Shown: positions 17,637 through 28,844, counted from the first letter of the stretch. The stretch is 57,537 nt of DNA from Candidatus Bathyarchaeota archaeon (GCA_020348945.1 CP070759.1:1407637-1465173); one strand, 5' to 3'. The notes: generated by a model not told the origin, from the sequence alone. Translations and numbers: made by a program.

Positions 17637-18677
17637 TTATCTAACCATTTTTCCCATGATCTCTTCTGCAATAGCCTTCCCTATCTCCACCGTTTTGGCT
17701 TTTCCACCAAAATCTGGAACCGTTATTTCCTTGCGCAGCGTTGCAACCACGGCGTCCTCTATTGCCTCAGCCGCGGCTAAACATTTAGAATCCCTGTGTT
17801 GCTCACCTAACCAATCAAGCATCATCTTGGCGGCGAGGATCATGGAGCAAGGGTTAGCCGTGTGTTTTCCAACTCTGCTCGGGGCTGATCCGTGAACTGG
17901 CTCGAACAAAGCGAAGTTGTCTCCGATGTTTGCTCCTGGAGCCATACCTAAGCCCCCAACAAGCTGGGCAGCTTCATCTGAAAGTATGTCGCCAAACATG
18001 TTTGTGGTTACAATTACATCGAAATTCTGTGGCGCTTTAATTATGCGCATGGCGGTAGCGTCAACGTACTGTTCGTCGAAAGTTACGTCCGGATATTTCT
18101 TGGCTACTTCTCTACAAGTTTCTGCAAAGAGACCGCAGGTTACCCTCATGACGTTTGCTTTGTGGACGGCTGTAACTCTTTTCTTCTTGTTTCGCCTCCT
18201 AGCAATTTCGAAGGCTTTCTTCGCTATTCTTTCGCTTCCTTTCTTTGTTATAACTCTTAAGCAGATGGCGGTGTTGGGGTTTAAAGAGAATTCTAGGCCC
18301 CTGTAAACTCCTTCAGTGTTTTCTCTCACGAAAATAAAGTCTATGTCAGGTCTCGCAGATGGAACTGAAGGATAAGCCTTCACTGGCCTAAGGTTAGCGT
18401 ACAAATCAAACATAAGCCTCAACTTAACTATGACATCAGCTGCAGTTTCGCCAACTGGGCCCTTCAAGCATGTATGCGAGTTCTTTATGGTCTCCACAGT
18501 GTCTTCTGGAAGAGCCACACCTCTCCTTTTGAAGCACCCGTCGCCGGCCTCCACCTCAACAATGTTTAAGTCCAAGTCGAATTTCTTCTTGACAGTATCC
18601 AGAACCTCCAATGTTGTTTCAGTGAGTTCTGGTCCAATTCCGTCGCCTGGGATAAGAGCTATCCGGTACCCGCTCAT
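17637..18677 (-). CDS. leuB: 3-isopropylmalate dehydrogenase
   Basis: IALIPGDGIGPE and NMFGDILSDEAAQLVGGLGMAPGANIG. 4-nt overlap with leuD. Confidence 0.9.
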   Translation of the reverse strand: MSGYRIALIPGDGIGPELTETTLEVLDTVKKKFDLDLNIVEVEAGDGCFKRRGVALPEDTVETIKNSHTCLKGPVGETAADVIVKLRLMFDLYANLRPVKAYPSVPSARPDIDFIFVRENTEGVYRGLEFSLNPNTAICLRVITKKGSERIAKKAFEIARRRNKKKRVTAVHKANVMRVTCGLFAETCREVAKKYPDVTFDEQYVDATAMRIIKAPQNFDVIVTTNMFGDILSDEAAQLVGGLGMAPGANIGDNFALFEPVHGSAPSRVGKHTANPCSMILAAKMMLDWLGEQHRDSKCLAAAEAIEDAVVATLRKEITVPDFGGKAKTVEIGKAIAEEIMGKMVR

Positions 18678-19168
18678 TTTAACCCTCTCTTTCTCAGATG
18701 TTCTATGAGACCTCCGTCACCCAGTATTTCCATAACAAACTCTGGAAGCTGAGTTGCTCGTAGAGTTAAGTTCTTTGACCGATTTTTGATTGTCCCTGTC
18801 CCCAAGTTCACCACTAACTCGTCGCCATCTTCAACTTTGCCCGAAACTCCAGAACATTCAAGCACTGGCAAGCCAAGGTTTATGGCGTTTCTGTAAAAGA
18901 TGCGGGCAAAGGACTCCGCAAGTACACAACTAACGCCAGCGTGCTTTAACGCCAAAGGCGCTTCTTCCCGGCTGGAGCCGCAGCCGAAGTTTCTTCCAGC
19001 AACAATTATAGCTCCGCCTTGAGCCTTCCTAAAGAACAGAGGATCTAAACCTTCCATTGCGTGTTTCGCCAATTCCATTGGATCAAGCGTTAGGATCAGG
19101 TATTTTCCAGGAAGAATAACATCAGTGTTCACGTTGTTTCCGTACTTTATCGCTTTTCCGGAGATCAT
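18674..19168 (-). CDS. leuD: 3-isopropylmalate dehydratase small subunit
   Basis: [18 protein letters not shown] motif. 164 aa. Confidence 0.9.
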   Translation of the reverse strand: MISGKAIKYGNNVNTDVILPGKYLILTLDPMELAKHAMEGLDPLFFRKAQGGAIIVAGRNFGCGSSREEAPLALKHAGVSCVLAESFARIFYRNAINLGLPVLECSGVSGKVEDGDELVVNLGTGTIKNRSKNLTLRATQLPEFVMEILGDGGLIEHLRKRGLK

Positions 19169-19174
19169 TCCGTG

Positions 19175-20434
19175 TTAGACCTCCAATGCTCTGGGATCAG
19201 TGATTTTACCGGTTACCGCTGAAGCCGCAACCGTGGAAGGGGAAGCTAGATATACATGAGCCTTTGGGCTCCCCATTCTTCCAACAAAGTTCCTGTTTGA
19301 GGAGCTTATGCAAACCTCCCCAGGGGCCAAGAGTCCCAGATGCCCACCGAGACATGGACCACACGTAGGATTGCCAACGATAGCGCCGGCTTTCAGGAAG
19401 ATTTCGAGGAGACCCTCCTGCAACGCTTGTAGATATACTTCCTGCGAGGCAGGAGCCACTATCATTCGCACTCCATTTTTCACTTTTTTGCCCTTTAAGA
19501 AACTAGCTGCTAATCGCAGATCTTCTAAGCGACCATTGGTACAAGACCCTAGAAACGCTTGATCTATGCTCACTTCAGCCACCTCTGATACTGGCTTAAC
19601 ATTGTCAACTGAGTGGGGACAAGAAACTTGGAGCTCCATGTTTGTGATGTCAAAATTCAAAATTTTTTCGTAGGTAGCGGCGGGGTCATTTTTGAAGATT
19701 TGAAATGGTTTGTTGGTTCTCTCCTTGATGTAGTTTAGCGTTGTTTCGTCCGGCTCTACTATGCCAGTTTTGGCGCTTGCCTCTATAGCCATGTTGCACA
19801 TTGTCATTCGGCCATCAATACTCATGTTTCGTATGGTAGAACCCGCAAATTCTATTCCTTTGTAAATGGCCCCATCAGCCTTAATCTCACCAATTATATT
19901 TAGGATCAAATCCTTCGGCGTAACGTATCTCTGGAACCGTCCCTCCGCATTTACTTTGATAACGTTGGGAACCTTGAGCCAAAGCGCGCCTGTTGCAAAG
20001 ACGGCAGCCATATCGGTTGCTCCTATGCCAGTTGCAAAGGCTCCGAATGCACCATAGGTGCACGTGTGGGAATCTGCACCTACAATTAATTCTCCAGGTC
20101 TGACGTGGCCCTTTTCTGGCATCACTTGGTGGCAAACACCTCCTCGACCAATGTCGTAGAAATTCTCTATTTTCTGTTCTATCACAAACTCCCTCATGAT
20201 GCTGTGCAACTGAGCTGACCTCTCTGAGTTGGCTGGAACCAAGTGGTCGAAAATGACGACTATCCTTTGGTTGTCCCAGACCTTTTCGACTCCGATCTTG
20301 CGGAACGTCTCGACGGATAGGGGTCCAGTTAAATCGTGCACCATTGCTACGTCGACTTTGGCCTCTACAATCTCTTCTGGGCTAACTTCTTTTTTCCCAG
20401 AAGCCTTGGCCAAGATTTTTTCAGTGATGTTCAT
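19175..20434 (-). CDS. leuC: 3-isopropylmalate dehydratase large subunit
   Basis: Aconitase-family motifs [11 protein letters not shown] and GSCTNGR..CGPCLG. 419 aa. Confidence 0.9.
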   Translation of the reverse strand: MNITEKILAKASGKKEVSPEEIVEAKVDVAMVHDLTGPLSVETFRKIGVEKVWDNQRIVVIFDHLVPANSERSAQLHSIMREFVIEQKIENFYDIGRGGVCHQVMPEKGHVRPGELIVGADSHTCTYGAFGAFATGIGATDMAAVFATGALWLKVPNVIKVNAEGRFQRYVTPKDLILNIIGEIKADGAIYKGIEFAGSTIRNMSIDGRMTMCNMAIEASAKTGIVEPDETTLNYIKERTNKPFQIFKNDPAATYEKILNFDITNMELQVSCPHSVDNVKPVSEVAEVSIDQAFLGSCTNGRLEDLRLAASFLKGKKVKNGVRMIVAPASQEVYLQALQEGLLEIFLKAGAIVGNPTCGPCLGGHLGLLAPGEVCISSSNRNFVGRMGSPKAHVYLASPSTVAASAVTGKITDPRALEV

Positions 20435-20458
20435 GATGTCCTTCAGCTTTTGCCTTGA

Positions 20459-21448
20459 TTACTTCTGGATTCCAGCTGTTTTCCTGATGAACTTGCCTAC
20501 TTTCTCGATTTGATGTTCCTCGATTTCTTTCATTAGGGCATTTAAGGTTTTGAAGCCTTCTTTGCCCTCTTTTATCCATTCTTCAGCAAACTTGCCGTTT
20601 TGAACCAGCTTAACCGCTTTTCTCATGTTTTCCTTCACACGGTCGTCAATAATTTTGGGTCCAACAGCTAGACCTCCGTACTTAGCAGTGTCTGAAACCC
20701 CTCTGAGCATCCCTATAAGGCCCTCTTGATAGATCAAGTCCATTATCAACTTCGCTTCATTACAAGCCTCAAAATAGGCGAGTTCTGGCTGGTACCCAGC
20801 TTCAACAAGAACTTCAAAGCCCTTTTTGATGAGTTCCATTAATCCGCCAACCAGCACCGTTTGTTCACCAATGAGGTCGCTTTCAGTTTCATCTCTAAAC
20901 GTAGTTTCCAAGACGCCTGCTCTAGTGCATCCAACAGCCTTAGCCATAGCTAAAGCGTTTTCCTTTGCTTCTCCCGAAGGATTTTGATGGACCGCAATCA
21001 GAGCTGGCACTCCGAAACCGTTGAGATACGTTTTTCTAACCATATGTCCTGGGCTTTTTGGAGCAAGCATTATGACATTAACTTGGTTTGGTGGAACGAT
21101 CTGCTTGAAGTGGATGTTAAAGCCGTGGGCAAAGCCCAAAGTTTTTCCCTTTACCATATATGGAGCAATATGGTTTTTGTAAACAGTGGGTTGCGCTGGG
21201 TCTGGGATCAATATGTGGATGATATCACCTTTTTCTGCTGCTTCTGCGATTGGATAGACTTTGAAGCCGTCGTTTTTGGCTCTGTTCCATGAGGAGCCTT
21301 CGGGTCTTAAACCTAGTATAACGTTTAAGCCGGAGTCTCTCATGTTTTGAGTTTGGGCGCGTCCTTGGCTACCGTAGCCGATTACTGCTATGGTTTTATC
21401 TTTCAAGTTGTCTAGGTTCACGTCCGCATCATAATACACTTTTACCAT
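20459..21448 (-). CDS. ilvC: ketol-acid reductoisomerase
   Basis: [21 protein letters not shown] and HGFNIHF. 329 aa. Confidence 0.95.
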   Translation of the reverse strand: MVKVYYDADVNLDNLKDKTIAVIGYGSQGRAQTQNMRDSGLNVILGLRPEGSSWNRAKNDGFKVYPIAEAAEKGDIIHILIPDPAQPTVYKNHIAPYMVKGKTLGFAHGFNIHFKQIVPPNQVNVIMLAPKSPGHMVRKTYLNGFGVPALIAVHQNPSGEAKENALAMAKAVGCTRAGVLETTFRDETESDLIGEQTVLVGGLMELIKKGFEVLVEAGYQPELAYFEACNEAKLIMDLIYQEGLIGMLRGVSDTAKYGGLAVGPKIIDDRVKENMRKAVKLVQNGKFAEEWIKEGKEGFKTLNALMKEIEEHQIEKVGKFIRKTAGIQK

Positions 21449-21465
21449 TTTTTGTTCACCTTTTT

Positions 21466-21975
21466 TTATTCTTCAATCTTAACTGATTTCACTCCTCTGG
21501 AGAGGGCTGTTATGCCCGTTCTAGCTACTTCCTTTACTCCAAAGGGTTTCATAGAGGCGATGAAGGCGTCTATCTTGTTTGCGTCGCCTGTGATTTCAAC
21601 CATTAAGGATTCAGGTGAAACGTCTACTACGCGGGCTCTAAAAATGTTTGCATAATTGATGACGTCTGTCCTGATTTTGGCGCCAGGAGCAGTTATTTTG
21701 ACGAGAGCCATCTCCCGGCTAACGATGTTGGATGGGTCCAGTCTACTAACCTTAATCACATCTATCAGCTTGTTCAACTGCTTAATCACCTGTTCAATGG
21801 TTCTTTCATCTCCATTGACGGTTATGGTCATTCTTGCGAGGTCACTCTGCTCTGTAGGTCCCACTGCAATGCTTTCTATGTTGAAGTTTCTGCGTCTAAA
21901 CATGTTTGCAACGCTGTAGAGTACACCTGGCTTATGTTCAACGATAGCCGCTATTACGTGGCTTTTTTCATTCAT
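21466..21975 (-). CDS. ilvN: acetolactate synthase small (regulatory) subunit
   Basis: ACT domain [29 protein letters not shown]. 169 aa. 2-nt gap to ilvB. Confidence 0.9.
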   Translation of the reverse strand: MNEKSHVIAAIVEHKPGVLYSVANMFRRRNFNIESIAVGPTEQSDLARMTITVNGDERTIEQVIKQLNKLIDVIKVSRLDPSNIVSREMALVKITAPGAKIRTDVINYANIFRARVVDVSPESLMVEITGDANKIDAFIASMKPFGVKEVARTGITALSRGVKSVKIEE

Positions 21976-21977
21976 TT

Positions 21978-23693
21978 CTACAATTCCTCCTCACTTTCAA
22001 TCATGCCTTTAAGACCTGCTCCCGCTGGAATCATTGGAAACACGTTTTCCTCATATCCAATTGGAACGTCTATAACTGTTGTAACTTCACTTTTTATCGC
22101 TTTTTTTACAGCCTTCGAAAACTCTTTGAGCGAGCCAACGCGGGTGCCTTCTGCACCGTAGGCTTTAGCTAATTTAGCAAAGTCTGGAACGTTTCCTAAA
22201 TCCACTGCAGAATATCTTCTACCATAGAAGAGTCTCTGCCACTGGGCAACCATTCCAAGCACGGAGTTGTTCAGCACTATCACTGTGACTGGAATCTTTT
22301 CTATAACTGAGCAGGCGAGTTCTTGTTCAGTCATTCTGAAGCTTCCGTCGCCAGCTATGTCCACCACTGGTGTGTCAGGACATGCAACTTTGGCTCCAAT
22401 GGATGCTGGGAAGCCGAAGCCCATGGTTCCGAGTCCACCTGAGCTGATGAACGTTCTAGGCTTATACGACATGAAATAAAGAGCTGCCCACATCTGATTT
22501 TGACCAACTTCAGTTGCTACAATAGCATCATTGGGCAAAATTTTTCTAAGCTCCTTCATCAGCCGTGGAGGTTTCAAGTCTTTTTCGCCGCCAGACATTT
22601 CGTCTCTAGCTTGCTCTTTAACTTCTCGAACTCTCTTAGCCCATTGAGAACTCTTCCCTTTCTGTAACTTGCTGGTCAACGATTGATAAATCGCCGTAAG
22701 GGTTTTCTTTGCGTCAGCTACAATGGGCACGTCAACACCTACGTTTTTCCCGATTTCCGCCGAGTCTATGTCAATGTGGATGATTTTTGCGTCAGGGCAA
22801 AACTCGTCTAGCTTTCCAGTGGTTCTGTCTGAGAACCTTGTTCCAACCGCTAAAAGAACGTCAGCTTCCAAGATCAGTTTAGTTGAGGCGCTAGTTCCGT
22901 GCATGCCTATGTTTCCTAGAGACAGAGGATGGTTTTCTGGGAAGCATCCTTTTCCCATGAGAGGGGTTGTTACTGGTGCCATCAGGAGTTCAGCTATTGT
23001 CAAAAGCTCTGGTGAGGCATTTGAGATAATTACTCCTCCACCAGCCAAAATTATGGGGCGCTCAGATTTGAGGAGAAGTTCAACGGCTTTTTTAACCTGA
23101 AACGGATGAGGGTCTATCTTAGGTTTGTAGCCTCGAATTCTAACGCTGTCTCTAAACTTCATTTCAGCAGTTTCAGTTTGCGCATTCTTGGGAAGGTCAA
23201 CTAAGACTGGTCCAGGTCTGCCCGTTGTAGCTATATGAAAGGCTTGTTTCAATGTTTTCGGGATTTCCGAAGCTCTCTTCGGTTGAAAGTTGCATTTTGT
23301 GACTGGAGTGGTGATTCCGATGATATCCGCTTCTTGGAAAGCATCTCTTCCTATCATGTAAGATGAGTTGACAGCAAAGGCGTTGACTTGACCTGTGAAA
23401 GCAACGATCGGCGCAGAATCCATATAGGCATTGGCAATACCTGTGACTAAGTTTGTTGCTCCGGGTCCTGACGTGGCCATGCAGACTCCTGGCCGTCCGC
23501 TTGCCCGGGCGTAGCCATCGGCTGCGTGGGCTGCACACTGTTCATGTCGAGCCATAATGTGTCTTATCTCGGGAGTTTCGTATAGCACATCGTATAGTGG
23601 AAGGACTGCTCCTCCAACTATACCGAAGATGACTTCTACTTTTTGTCGTTTCAGTGCTTCTACAATGGCTTGAGCACCTGACATTTTTGTCAT
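21978..23693 (-). CDS. ilvB: acetolactate synthase large subunit (ThDP-dependent)
   Basis: GGLGTMGFGFPASIGA...DIAGDGSF...N ThDP motif. GGAGG lies upstream of the ATG. 571 aa. Confidence 0.9.
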   Translation of the reverse strand: MTKMSGAQAIVEALKRQKVEVIFGIVGGAVLPLYDVLYETPEIRHIMARHEQCAAHAADGYARASGRPGVCMATSGPGATNLVTGIANAYMDSAPIVAFTGQVNAFAVNSSYMIGRDAFQEADIIGITTPVTKCNFQPKRASEIPKTLKQAFHIATTGRPGPVLVDLPKNAQTETAEMKFRDSVRIRGYKPKIDPHPFQVKKAVELLLKSERPIILAGGGVIISNASPELLTIAELLMAPVTTPLMGKGCFPENHPLSLGNIGMHGTSASTKLILEADVLLAVGTRFSDRTTGKLDEFCPDAKIIHIDIDSAEIGKNVGVDVPIVADAKKTLTAIYQSLTSKLQKGKSSQWAKRVREVKEQARDEMSGGEKDLKPPRLMKELRKILPNDAIVATEVGQNQMWAALYFMSYKPRTFISSGGLGTMGFGFPASIGAKVACPDTPVVDIAGDGSFRMTEQELACSVIEKIPVTVIVLNNSVLGMVAQWQRLFYGRRYSAVDLGNVPDFAKLAKAYGAEGTRVGSLKEFSKAVKKAIKSEVTTVIDVPIGYEENVFPMIPAGAGLKGMIESEEEL

Positions 23694-23919
23694 GTTTCAT
23701 GTTCCTCCTTTAAGTGATACTCTATAACCATACAATGATTATGCAGGGATGCGGAGAAAAACCATTCGAGAGTCCGTTCATTAAGTTTTCTGGAGAAGAT
23801 TTTGGGAAAGCTAATGTACGAGGAAATGATCCCTCACGTTTATTGTCCTCCATTGAAATGGGATTCTCCTTTCACCTAACGGATTTTATCTTAAAAATGT
23901 TTTGGCTTTAAATCTCATG

Positions 23920-25494
23920 TCACGATTTCTCTGTTTGCTTGTCCCCACGTTTATTGTAGTCGGTCATCAACACATTCATGCCGCTTAGCACAGCTTCAAC
24001 GCTTGCCATAACAATGTCTTCTCGAACTCCCATGGCTGTCGCTGTTCTGTCTCCCTTGCGTAGACGAACAATCACCTCTACCATGGCGTCGGTGCCTCCT
24101 GTGATAGCTTTAACGTGATAGTTCTCCAGAAGAATTGGCTCAACGACTAGAACGGCTTTCCTCACAGCGTTTATCGCGGCGTCTACAGGTCCCAATCCAG
24201 TGGCTGCCTCAGAGACCACTTTATTGTTAAGTTTAAGTCGTACCGACGCGGTTGAGGTAACTCTGTCTCCAGTGACAACGGTTAACTCCTCAAGACTTAT
24301 TGGACGAGTTTGAGGTAAACCCATAACCGCCTCTGCAACCGCCATTAAATCGGCATCGGTGACTTTCTTGCCTTTGTCTCCTACGATTTTCACCCGCATG
24401 GAAATCTCTTTAAGCTGTTTGTCGGTTGGGCGTAATCCAATTTTTTCTAGCGATGCATTAATACCATGAGAACCTGAGTGTTTGCCCGCCACTAGTCTTC
24501 TGGTGACTCCCACAATTTCAGGAGAGATCGGTTCATATGTTGACGGATGGGCTAGTATGGCGTGGGTGTGGATGCCTGCTTCGTGGGTAAAGGCGTTTTC
24601 TCCCACAATTGCCTTGTTAGGTTGGACCGGGGACCCTGTTATTCGAGCCACCAATTGTGATGTGCGGTACAGAAGTTCTGTTTTTATGGACACTTCCACA
24701 CTGTAAATAAGCCTGAGAGCAGCAGCAATTTCTTCTAGGGCAGCGTTTCCAGCTCTTTCTCCCAATCCATTGATTGTTGCATGAACTTGGTTGGCGCCAG
24801 CCCTAAAGGCTGCTATGGAATTTGCAACACCCATTCCGAAGTCGTCGTGGCAGTGAGCGCTAATAATTGTGTCTTTGAAGGCTTTTCTCATGTCTGAGAA
24901 GAATTTGTAAGATTTTTCAGGAGTCAAAATTCCAACTGTGTCGCATGGACAAATTCTGTCCGCGCCTACGGAAAGTCCTTTGGCAAAGAATTCTTTGATG
25001 AAGTTGAATTCGCTTCTAGTGGCGTCTTCAGCTGAGAGTTCAACGATGAGTCCATGGTCTTTGGCGTATTGAACGGATTCTTCTACGAGTTTTAAAATGT
25101 CTTCTCGGGTTTTCTTCAACTTGTATTCAAGGTGTAGGTCTGAAGTGGGAATAACCAGATGTACGCTTTGGGCGTCGCATTTCAGTGCCATGTCTATGTC
25201 TTTTTCTACTCCTCTAACGAAGCTGCAGATCTCTGCTCTGAGACCTTCTTTGGCGATGAGTTTTGTCGCTTCCATTTCTCCTTTAGAAACTGCGGGAAAA
25301 CCAGCCTCAATAACGTCTACTCCGAGCTCATCCAAGCTTTTGGCAATTCTAAGTTTGTTCTCGGGTGTTAGGGAAACTCCGGGGGTTTGTTCACCGTCTC
25401 TTAAAGTTGTGTCAAAAATCCGTATTTTCTTAGGGAAGGCGTTCAATAAAACAATACCCCATTTTACATTCGCCCTTAGTTGGCGGGGCAACAT
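23920..25494 (-). CDS. second LeuA/CimA-family synthase, possibly (R)-citramalate synthase; start may be internal (TTG before NAFPKKIRIF)
   Basis: IFDTTLRDGEQTPGVSLT, LIVELSAEDATRSE and HCHDDFGMGVANSIAA. Separate transcription unit, divergent from ilvD. Confidence 0.8.
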   Translation of the reverse strand: MLPRQLRANVKWGIVLLNAFPKKIRIFDTTLRDGEQTPGVSLTPENKLRIAKSLDELGVDVIEAGFPAVSKGEMEATKLIAKEGLRAEICSFVRGVEKDIDMALKCDAQSVHLVIPTSDLHLEYKLKKTREDILKLVEESVQYAKDHGLIVELSAEDATRSEFNFIKEFFAKGLSVGADRICPCDTVGILTPEKSYKFFSDMRKAFKDTIISAHCHDDFGMGVANSIAAFRAGANQVHATINGLGERAGNAALEEIAAALRLIYSVEVSIKTELLYRTSQLVARITGSPVQPNKAIVGENAFTHEAGIHTHAILAHPSTYEPISPEIVGVTRRLVAGKHSGSHGINASLEKIGLRPTDKQLKEISMRVKIVGDKGKKVTDADLMAVAEAVMGLPQTRPISLEELTVVTGDRVTSTASVRLKLNNKVVSEAATGLGPVDAAINAVRKAVLVVEPILLENYHVKAITGGTDAMVEVIVRLRKGDRTATAMGVREDIVMASVEAVLSGMNVLMTDYNKRGDKQTEKS

Positions 25495-25547
25495 TAAATA
25501 TAAAGCTTTTGGTTTCCATAATCTAATGAAACTTGCACGTTTGGGGG

Positions 25548-27176
25548 ATGAAGTTGAGAAGCGACGAGATAAAGCGTGGAGTCAAAAGAGCTCCCCACAG
25601 GTCCCTGTTGAAGGCTTTGGGGCTTACAGCCCGCGACATGGATAAACCTTTCATTGCAGTGGTTAACAGTTTCACTTCTGTGGTTCCAGGCCACATTCAT
25701 CTGAATCAAATTGCTGAGGCGGTGAAGGCTGGAGTTAGATCTGCTGATGGAGTGCCCTTTGAATTCAACACCATCGCTGTCTGCGACGGCATAGCCATGG
25801 GACATGATGGGATGCGATACTCCCTGCCCTCTCGAGAAGTCATTGCAGACTCCGTTGAGATTATGGTTCAAGCCCATAGATTCGACGGCATGGTTTTGGT
25901 TACAAACTGTGACAAGATAACTCCAGGCATGCTGATGGCTTCGGCTAGACTCAACGTGCCCTCCATTGTGGTGACTGGAGGTCCCATGCTGGCAGGCATA
26001 TTGGATGGAAAGAAAGTTAGTTTCGCGTCAATTTCTGAGGCTGTGGGAAAAGTTGTTGCTGGTGAGATGAGTGAAGAGGAACTGGAGAGACTTGAAGACG
26101 CGGCGTGTCCAGGCTGCGGGTCTTGCAGTGGCATGTTTACAGCTAACACCATGGCGTGCATAACTGAGGCTTTAGGAATGTCTCTTCCGGGTTGTGCCAC
26201 CGCCCTTGCCGTTAGTGCTCTAAAGTTGAAGATCGCTAGGGAAAGCGGTGAGAGGATTCTTGAGTTGCTGCGAGAAGATTTGAAGCCTTTAGACATCATG
26301 ACTGCAAAAGCCTTTGAGAACGCCATCGCGGTGGACATGGCTCTCGGAGGCTCCACCAACGCTGTGCTACATCTCTCAGCCATTGCGGGTGAGGCTGGAA
26401 TTTCCTTGCCCCTAAACCTTTTTGACGAGATAAGTAAGCGGGTTCCCCACCTTTGCAACATGATTCCTAGCGGTCCTTATCCATTGGAGGAGTTGGATGC
26501 GGCTGGTGGAATTCCAGCTTTAATGAAGGAGCTGAGCCCTCTTCTCCACTTAGATGCCATTACTGTAACGGGAAAAACCATGAAAAAGAACATTGAAGGA
26601 ACTAGAGTGCTTAATGCAGAGGTGATTCGCCCCTTAGCTAACCCTGTGCATAAAGGAGGAGGCATGGCCGTGTTGCGAGGAAACCTAGCACCAGAGGGAT
26701 CAGTGGTGAAAACTGTGGCTGTCTCGCCAGAAATGCTCGTTCATAAAGGTCCAGCTAGGATTTTCAACTCTGAAGAGGAAGCTATGGAGGCCATAGTCAA
26801 CAGGAAAATCAAGGGTGGCGACATGGTGGTTATTCGTTATGAGGGACCGAAGGGTGGTCCTGGCATGAGGGAGATGTTGTCTCCAACAGCCACTATAAGC
26901 GGGATGGGTTTAAGCGAGTCTGTGGCGTTGATTACGGACGGCAGGTTTTCCGGAGCCACTAGAGGTCCTTGTATAGGGCATGTGTCGCCTGAAGCAGCGG
27001 AGAAGGGACCTATAGCAGCGTTGAAGGATGGAGACCTTATTGAAATTGACATTCCGAAGAGGGTTCTGAGGGTGGAATTGACGGATAACGAGATAAAGAA
27101 CCGTTTAAGGTCGTGGAAGCCGAAGTCTCCAAACGTTAAACGGGGCTACCTCGTACGATATTCTTCGCTCCTATAA
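25548..27176 (+). CDS. ilvD: dihydroxy-acid dehydratase
   Basis: [24 protein letters not shown]-terminus, [24 protein letters not shown]. The ORF-track start at 25533 is TTG; ATG 25548 fits the family N-terminus. Confidence 0.95.
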   Translation: MKLRSDEIKRGVKRAPHRSLLKALGLTARDMDKPFIAVVNSFTSVVPGHIHLNQIAEAVKAGVRSADGVPFEFNTIAVCDGIAMGHDGMRYSLPSREVIADSVEIMVQAHRFDGMVLVTNCDKITPGMLMASARLNVPSIVVTGGPMLAGILDGKKVSFASISEAVGKVVAGEMSEEELERLEDAACPGCGSCSGMFTANTMACITEALGMSLPGCATALAVSALKLKIARESGERILELLREDLKPLDIMTAKAFENAIAVDMALGGSTNAVLHLSAIAGEAGISLPLNLFDEISKRVPHLCNMIPSGPYPLEELDAAGGIPALMKELSPLLHLDAITVTGKTMKKNIEGTRVLNAEVIRPLANPVHKGGGMAVLRGNLAPEGSVVKTVAVSPEMLVHKGPARIFNSEEEAMEAIVNRKIKGGDMVVIRYEGPKGGPGMREMLSPTATISGMGLSESVALITDGRFSGATRGPCIGHVSPEAAEKGPIAALKDGDLIEIDIPKRVLRVELTDNEIKNRLRSWKPKSPNVKRGYLVRYSSLL

Positions 27177-27440
27177 TTTGCAACATAGCGACACTGTCTT
27201 TGTTTCTAGTTCCTCCTATAGCTCCTCTCCCCACTTTAGCGCAAACTGTTTTTTGAGAAAAACCTGTTTTCAACATATCTTTTCGCTATATGATCCAGAT
27301 GCACACACATATTTGGCTTCTGCGGTGGAAACTGCACATAGCAAGAAAAGGACATTGAAAGTCTACATGTTAACGGAAAATGGTTGCTTGGTGTTTACTT
27401 CAACATGCTTGATATTCGCATTCAACTAGGACATGATGAT

Positions 27441-28055
27441 TTATTCTTTCCTTCTTCCAAACCACTTGTGCATTCCGTAAATTGCTGTGGCTATCGTTGC
27501 AGGTATCCAGAAAAAAAGCCTGCAAAACAGAGCAATATTCATCACAATCATAAACCAAACATTATCGGCTCCCTGCCATAGAATTTGTTCTAATGCAAAC
27601 CAAGATAGCCAAACTATTGCGTAGCAGATTAAGAAAGACCAGAATACACTTCGAAAGAAGAAATCGAGCAAATTCCATTCAAGTGATCCCTCGGAAAGTT
27701 TTTTGTCACCCCAGTAACCGAGCATCGCACCTACAAGGTTAATCAAAAAGAAAAACCAGAAACCGTATGCAGGAACGTTTTGAGGGGAGACAGGCACTAT
27801 TTCCATTCCGAAGAAATTGATGTCGTAACCAGTAAGGTATCCCCAAGCACCGAGAGATAGTTCCGCGGTTGCAGAAAATGGGAACGAAACTAGCGAAAAT
27901 GGATATATAAAGAACAAAGAAGCATTGGGTATGGGTGCAAATGTGGAAAGAAAAGACGCCACAATTATGACTCCAGCCATTAACAGCGGATAACCTAGAC
28001 GTTCTTCTGCGAGGTAACTTGACAAACGAAACGACACATACATTGAAAGTAGCAT
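27441..28055 (-). CDS. polytopic membrane protein, unknown function
   Basis: 204 aa with ~6 hydrophobic segments. The conserved motif copy lies ~45 nt upstream. Confidence 0.55.
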   Translation of the reverse strand: MLLSMYVSFRLSSYLAEERLGYPLLMAGVIIVASFLSTFAPIPNASLFFIYPFSLVSFPFSATAELSLGAWGYLTGYDINFFGMEIVPVSPQNVPAYGFWFFFLINLVGAMLGYWGDKKLSEGSLEWNLLDFFFRSVFWSFLICYAIVWLSWFALEQILWQGADNVWFMIVMNIALFCRLFFWIPATIATAIYGMHKWFGRRKE

Positions 28056-28100
28056 CAGTCTTCAATAACTCTGGATACAAGATGGTGATAAGTTTTGTTC

Positions 28101-28136
28101 CCTCTTATTTCATTACGTTGCATTAATAACTTAAGG
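28101..28136. promoter_or_regulatory. conserved ~35-bp intergenic motif, copy 2 (inverted relative to 185-220)
   Basis: The reverse complement ccttaagttattaatgcaacgtaatgaaataagagg matches 185-220. A third AATGAAATAA lies at 28159-28168, next to a perfect 20-nt palindrome at 28143-28162. Confidence 0.35.
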
Positions 28137-28621
28137 CACACACATTTCTGAATTCAGAAATGAAATAAGGTATAGATAACGGTTAACGATACTTATTATT
28201 CTTATTGGATATACTATGAAGAATAGTAACAATAAGCAAGGTTAATCGTTAACACGCTGAGCATGTATTACTTGGCTTGCTGTGAAGCACCTACGAAAAC
28301 CATTCTCAGAATTTTTTAAAAAAATGTTTGCTCCAGACGTAGTTGTGTCAACCAAAGATATTTGATAAATACATAACAGCTGCTGCTACTTCGAACAACA
28401 CTCCTACCGTAAGTAACCCATTTCCTAATACCCATTGCGATTATCACCCTTCCAAGTTAGTTTAAACCAACCAGTCAAGATTTAAACCCTACCGCATCCT
28501 TCTACTTTTTAATCAATTGGTTGAAAATTCTAGGGATCAAAAGAACCGCTTATCTCTCAGTTAATCTGTAGAAGGATTACTTGGATGTAAACTGTTTTGG
28601 AGCGCGTTTTTCGTGACACAT

Positions 28622-28759
28622 TTAGGTGTGGTATTTCGGTACTTTCACGGCTTTTGGAACGTAAATGTTGCCACTGCCGCAGGTGGGACAGTACCTTGGC
28701 TCCACTTTGCTCTCGTCAACCCATTTGTATCCACATTTCAAACATATCCAGTCAGACAA
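28622..28759 (-). CDS. possible small zinc-ribbon protein (45 aa, TTG start)
   Basis: Own translation: (M)SDWICLKCGYKWVDESKVEPRYCPTCGSGNIYVPKAVKVPKYHT. Pattern CxxC-x16-CxxC. GGTGA lies 6 nt upstream of the TTG. Below the ORF-track cutoff. Confidence 0.35.
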   Translation of the reverse strand: MSDWICLKCGYKWVDESKVEPRYCPTCGSGNIYVPKAVKVPKYHT

Positions 28760-28844
28760 GACCTTTCACCAAGATTACTTTCAGAGTGTCTGCTATTAAC
28801 ATTTTAAACACTTAAATCTTTACCCGCAACAAACAACACGCCAC

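Noticed and set aside
25494-25877. 127-aa minus-strand ORF spanning the leuA2/ilvD intergenic region and the ilvD 5' end
   Set aside because: It lies antisense to the well-supported ilvD N-terminus, and I recognised no motifs.
28486-28500. Shared taaacc(c)taccgcat between 28486-28500 and 57494-57508
   Set aside because: This is a ~15-nt match with an indel, and a match of this size is expected by chance in a 57-kb window read on both strands.
28597-28815. Two overlapping plus-strand ORFs of 72 and 64 aa
   Set aside because: The opposite strand encodes a more plausible CxxC...CxxC zinc-ribbon peptide with a Shine-Dalgarno. The plus-strand products have no features.
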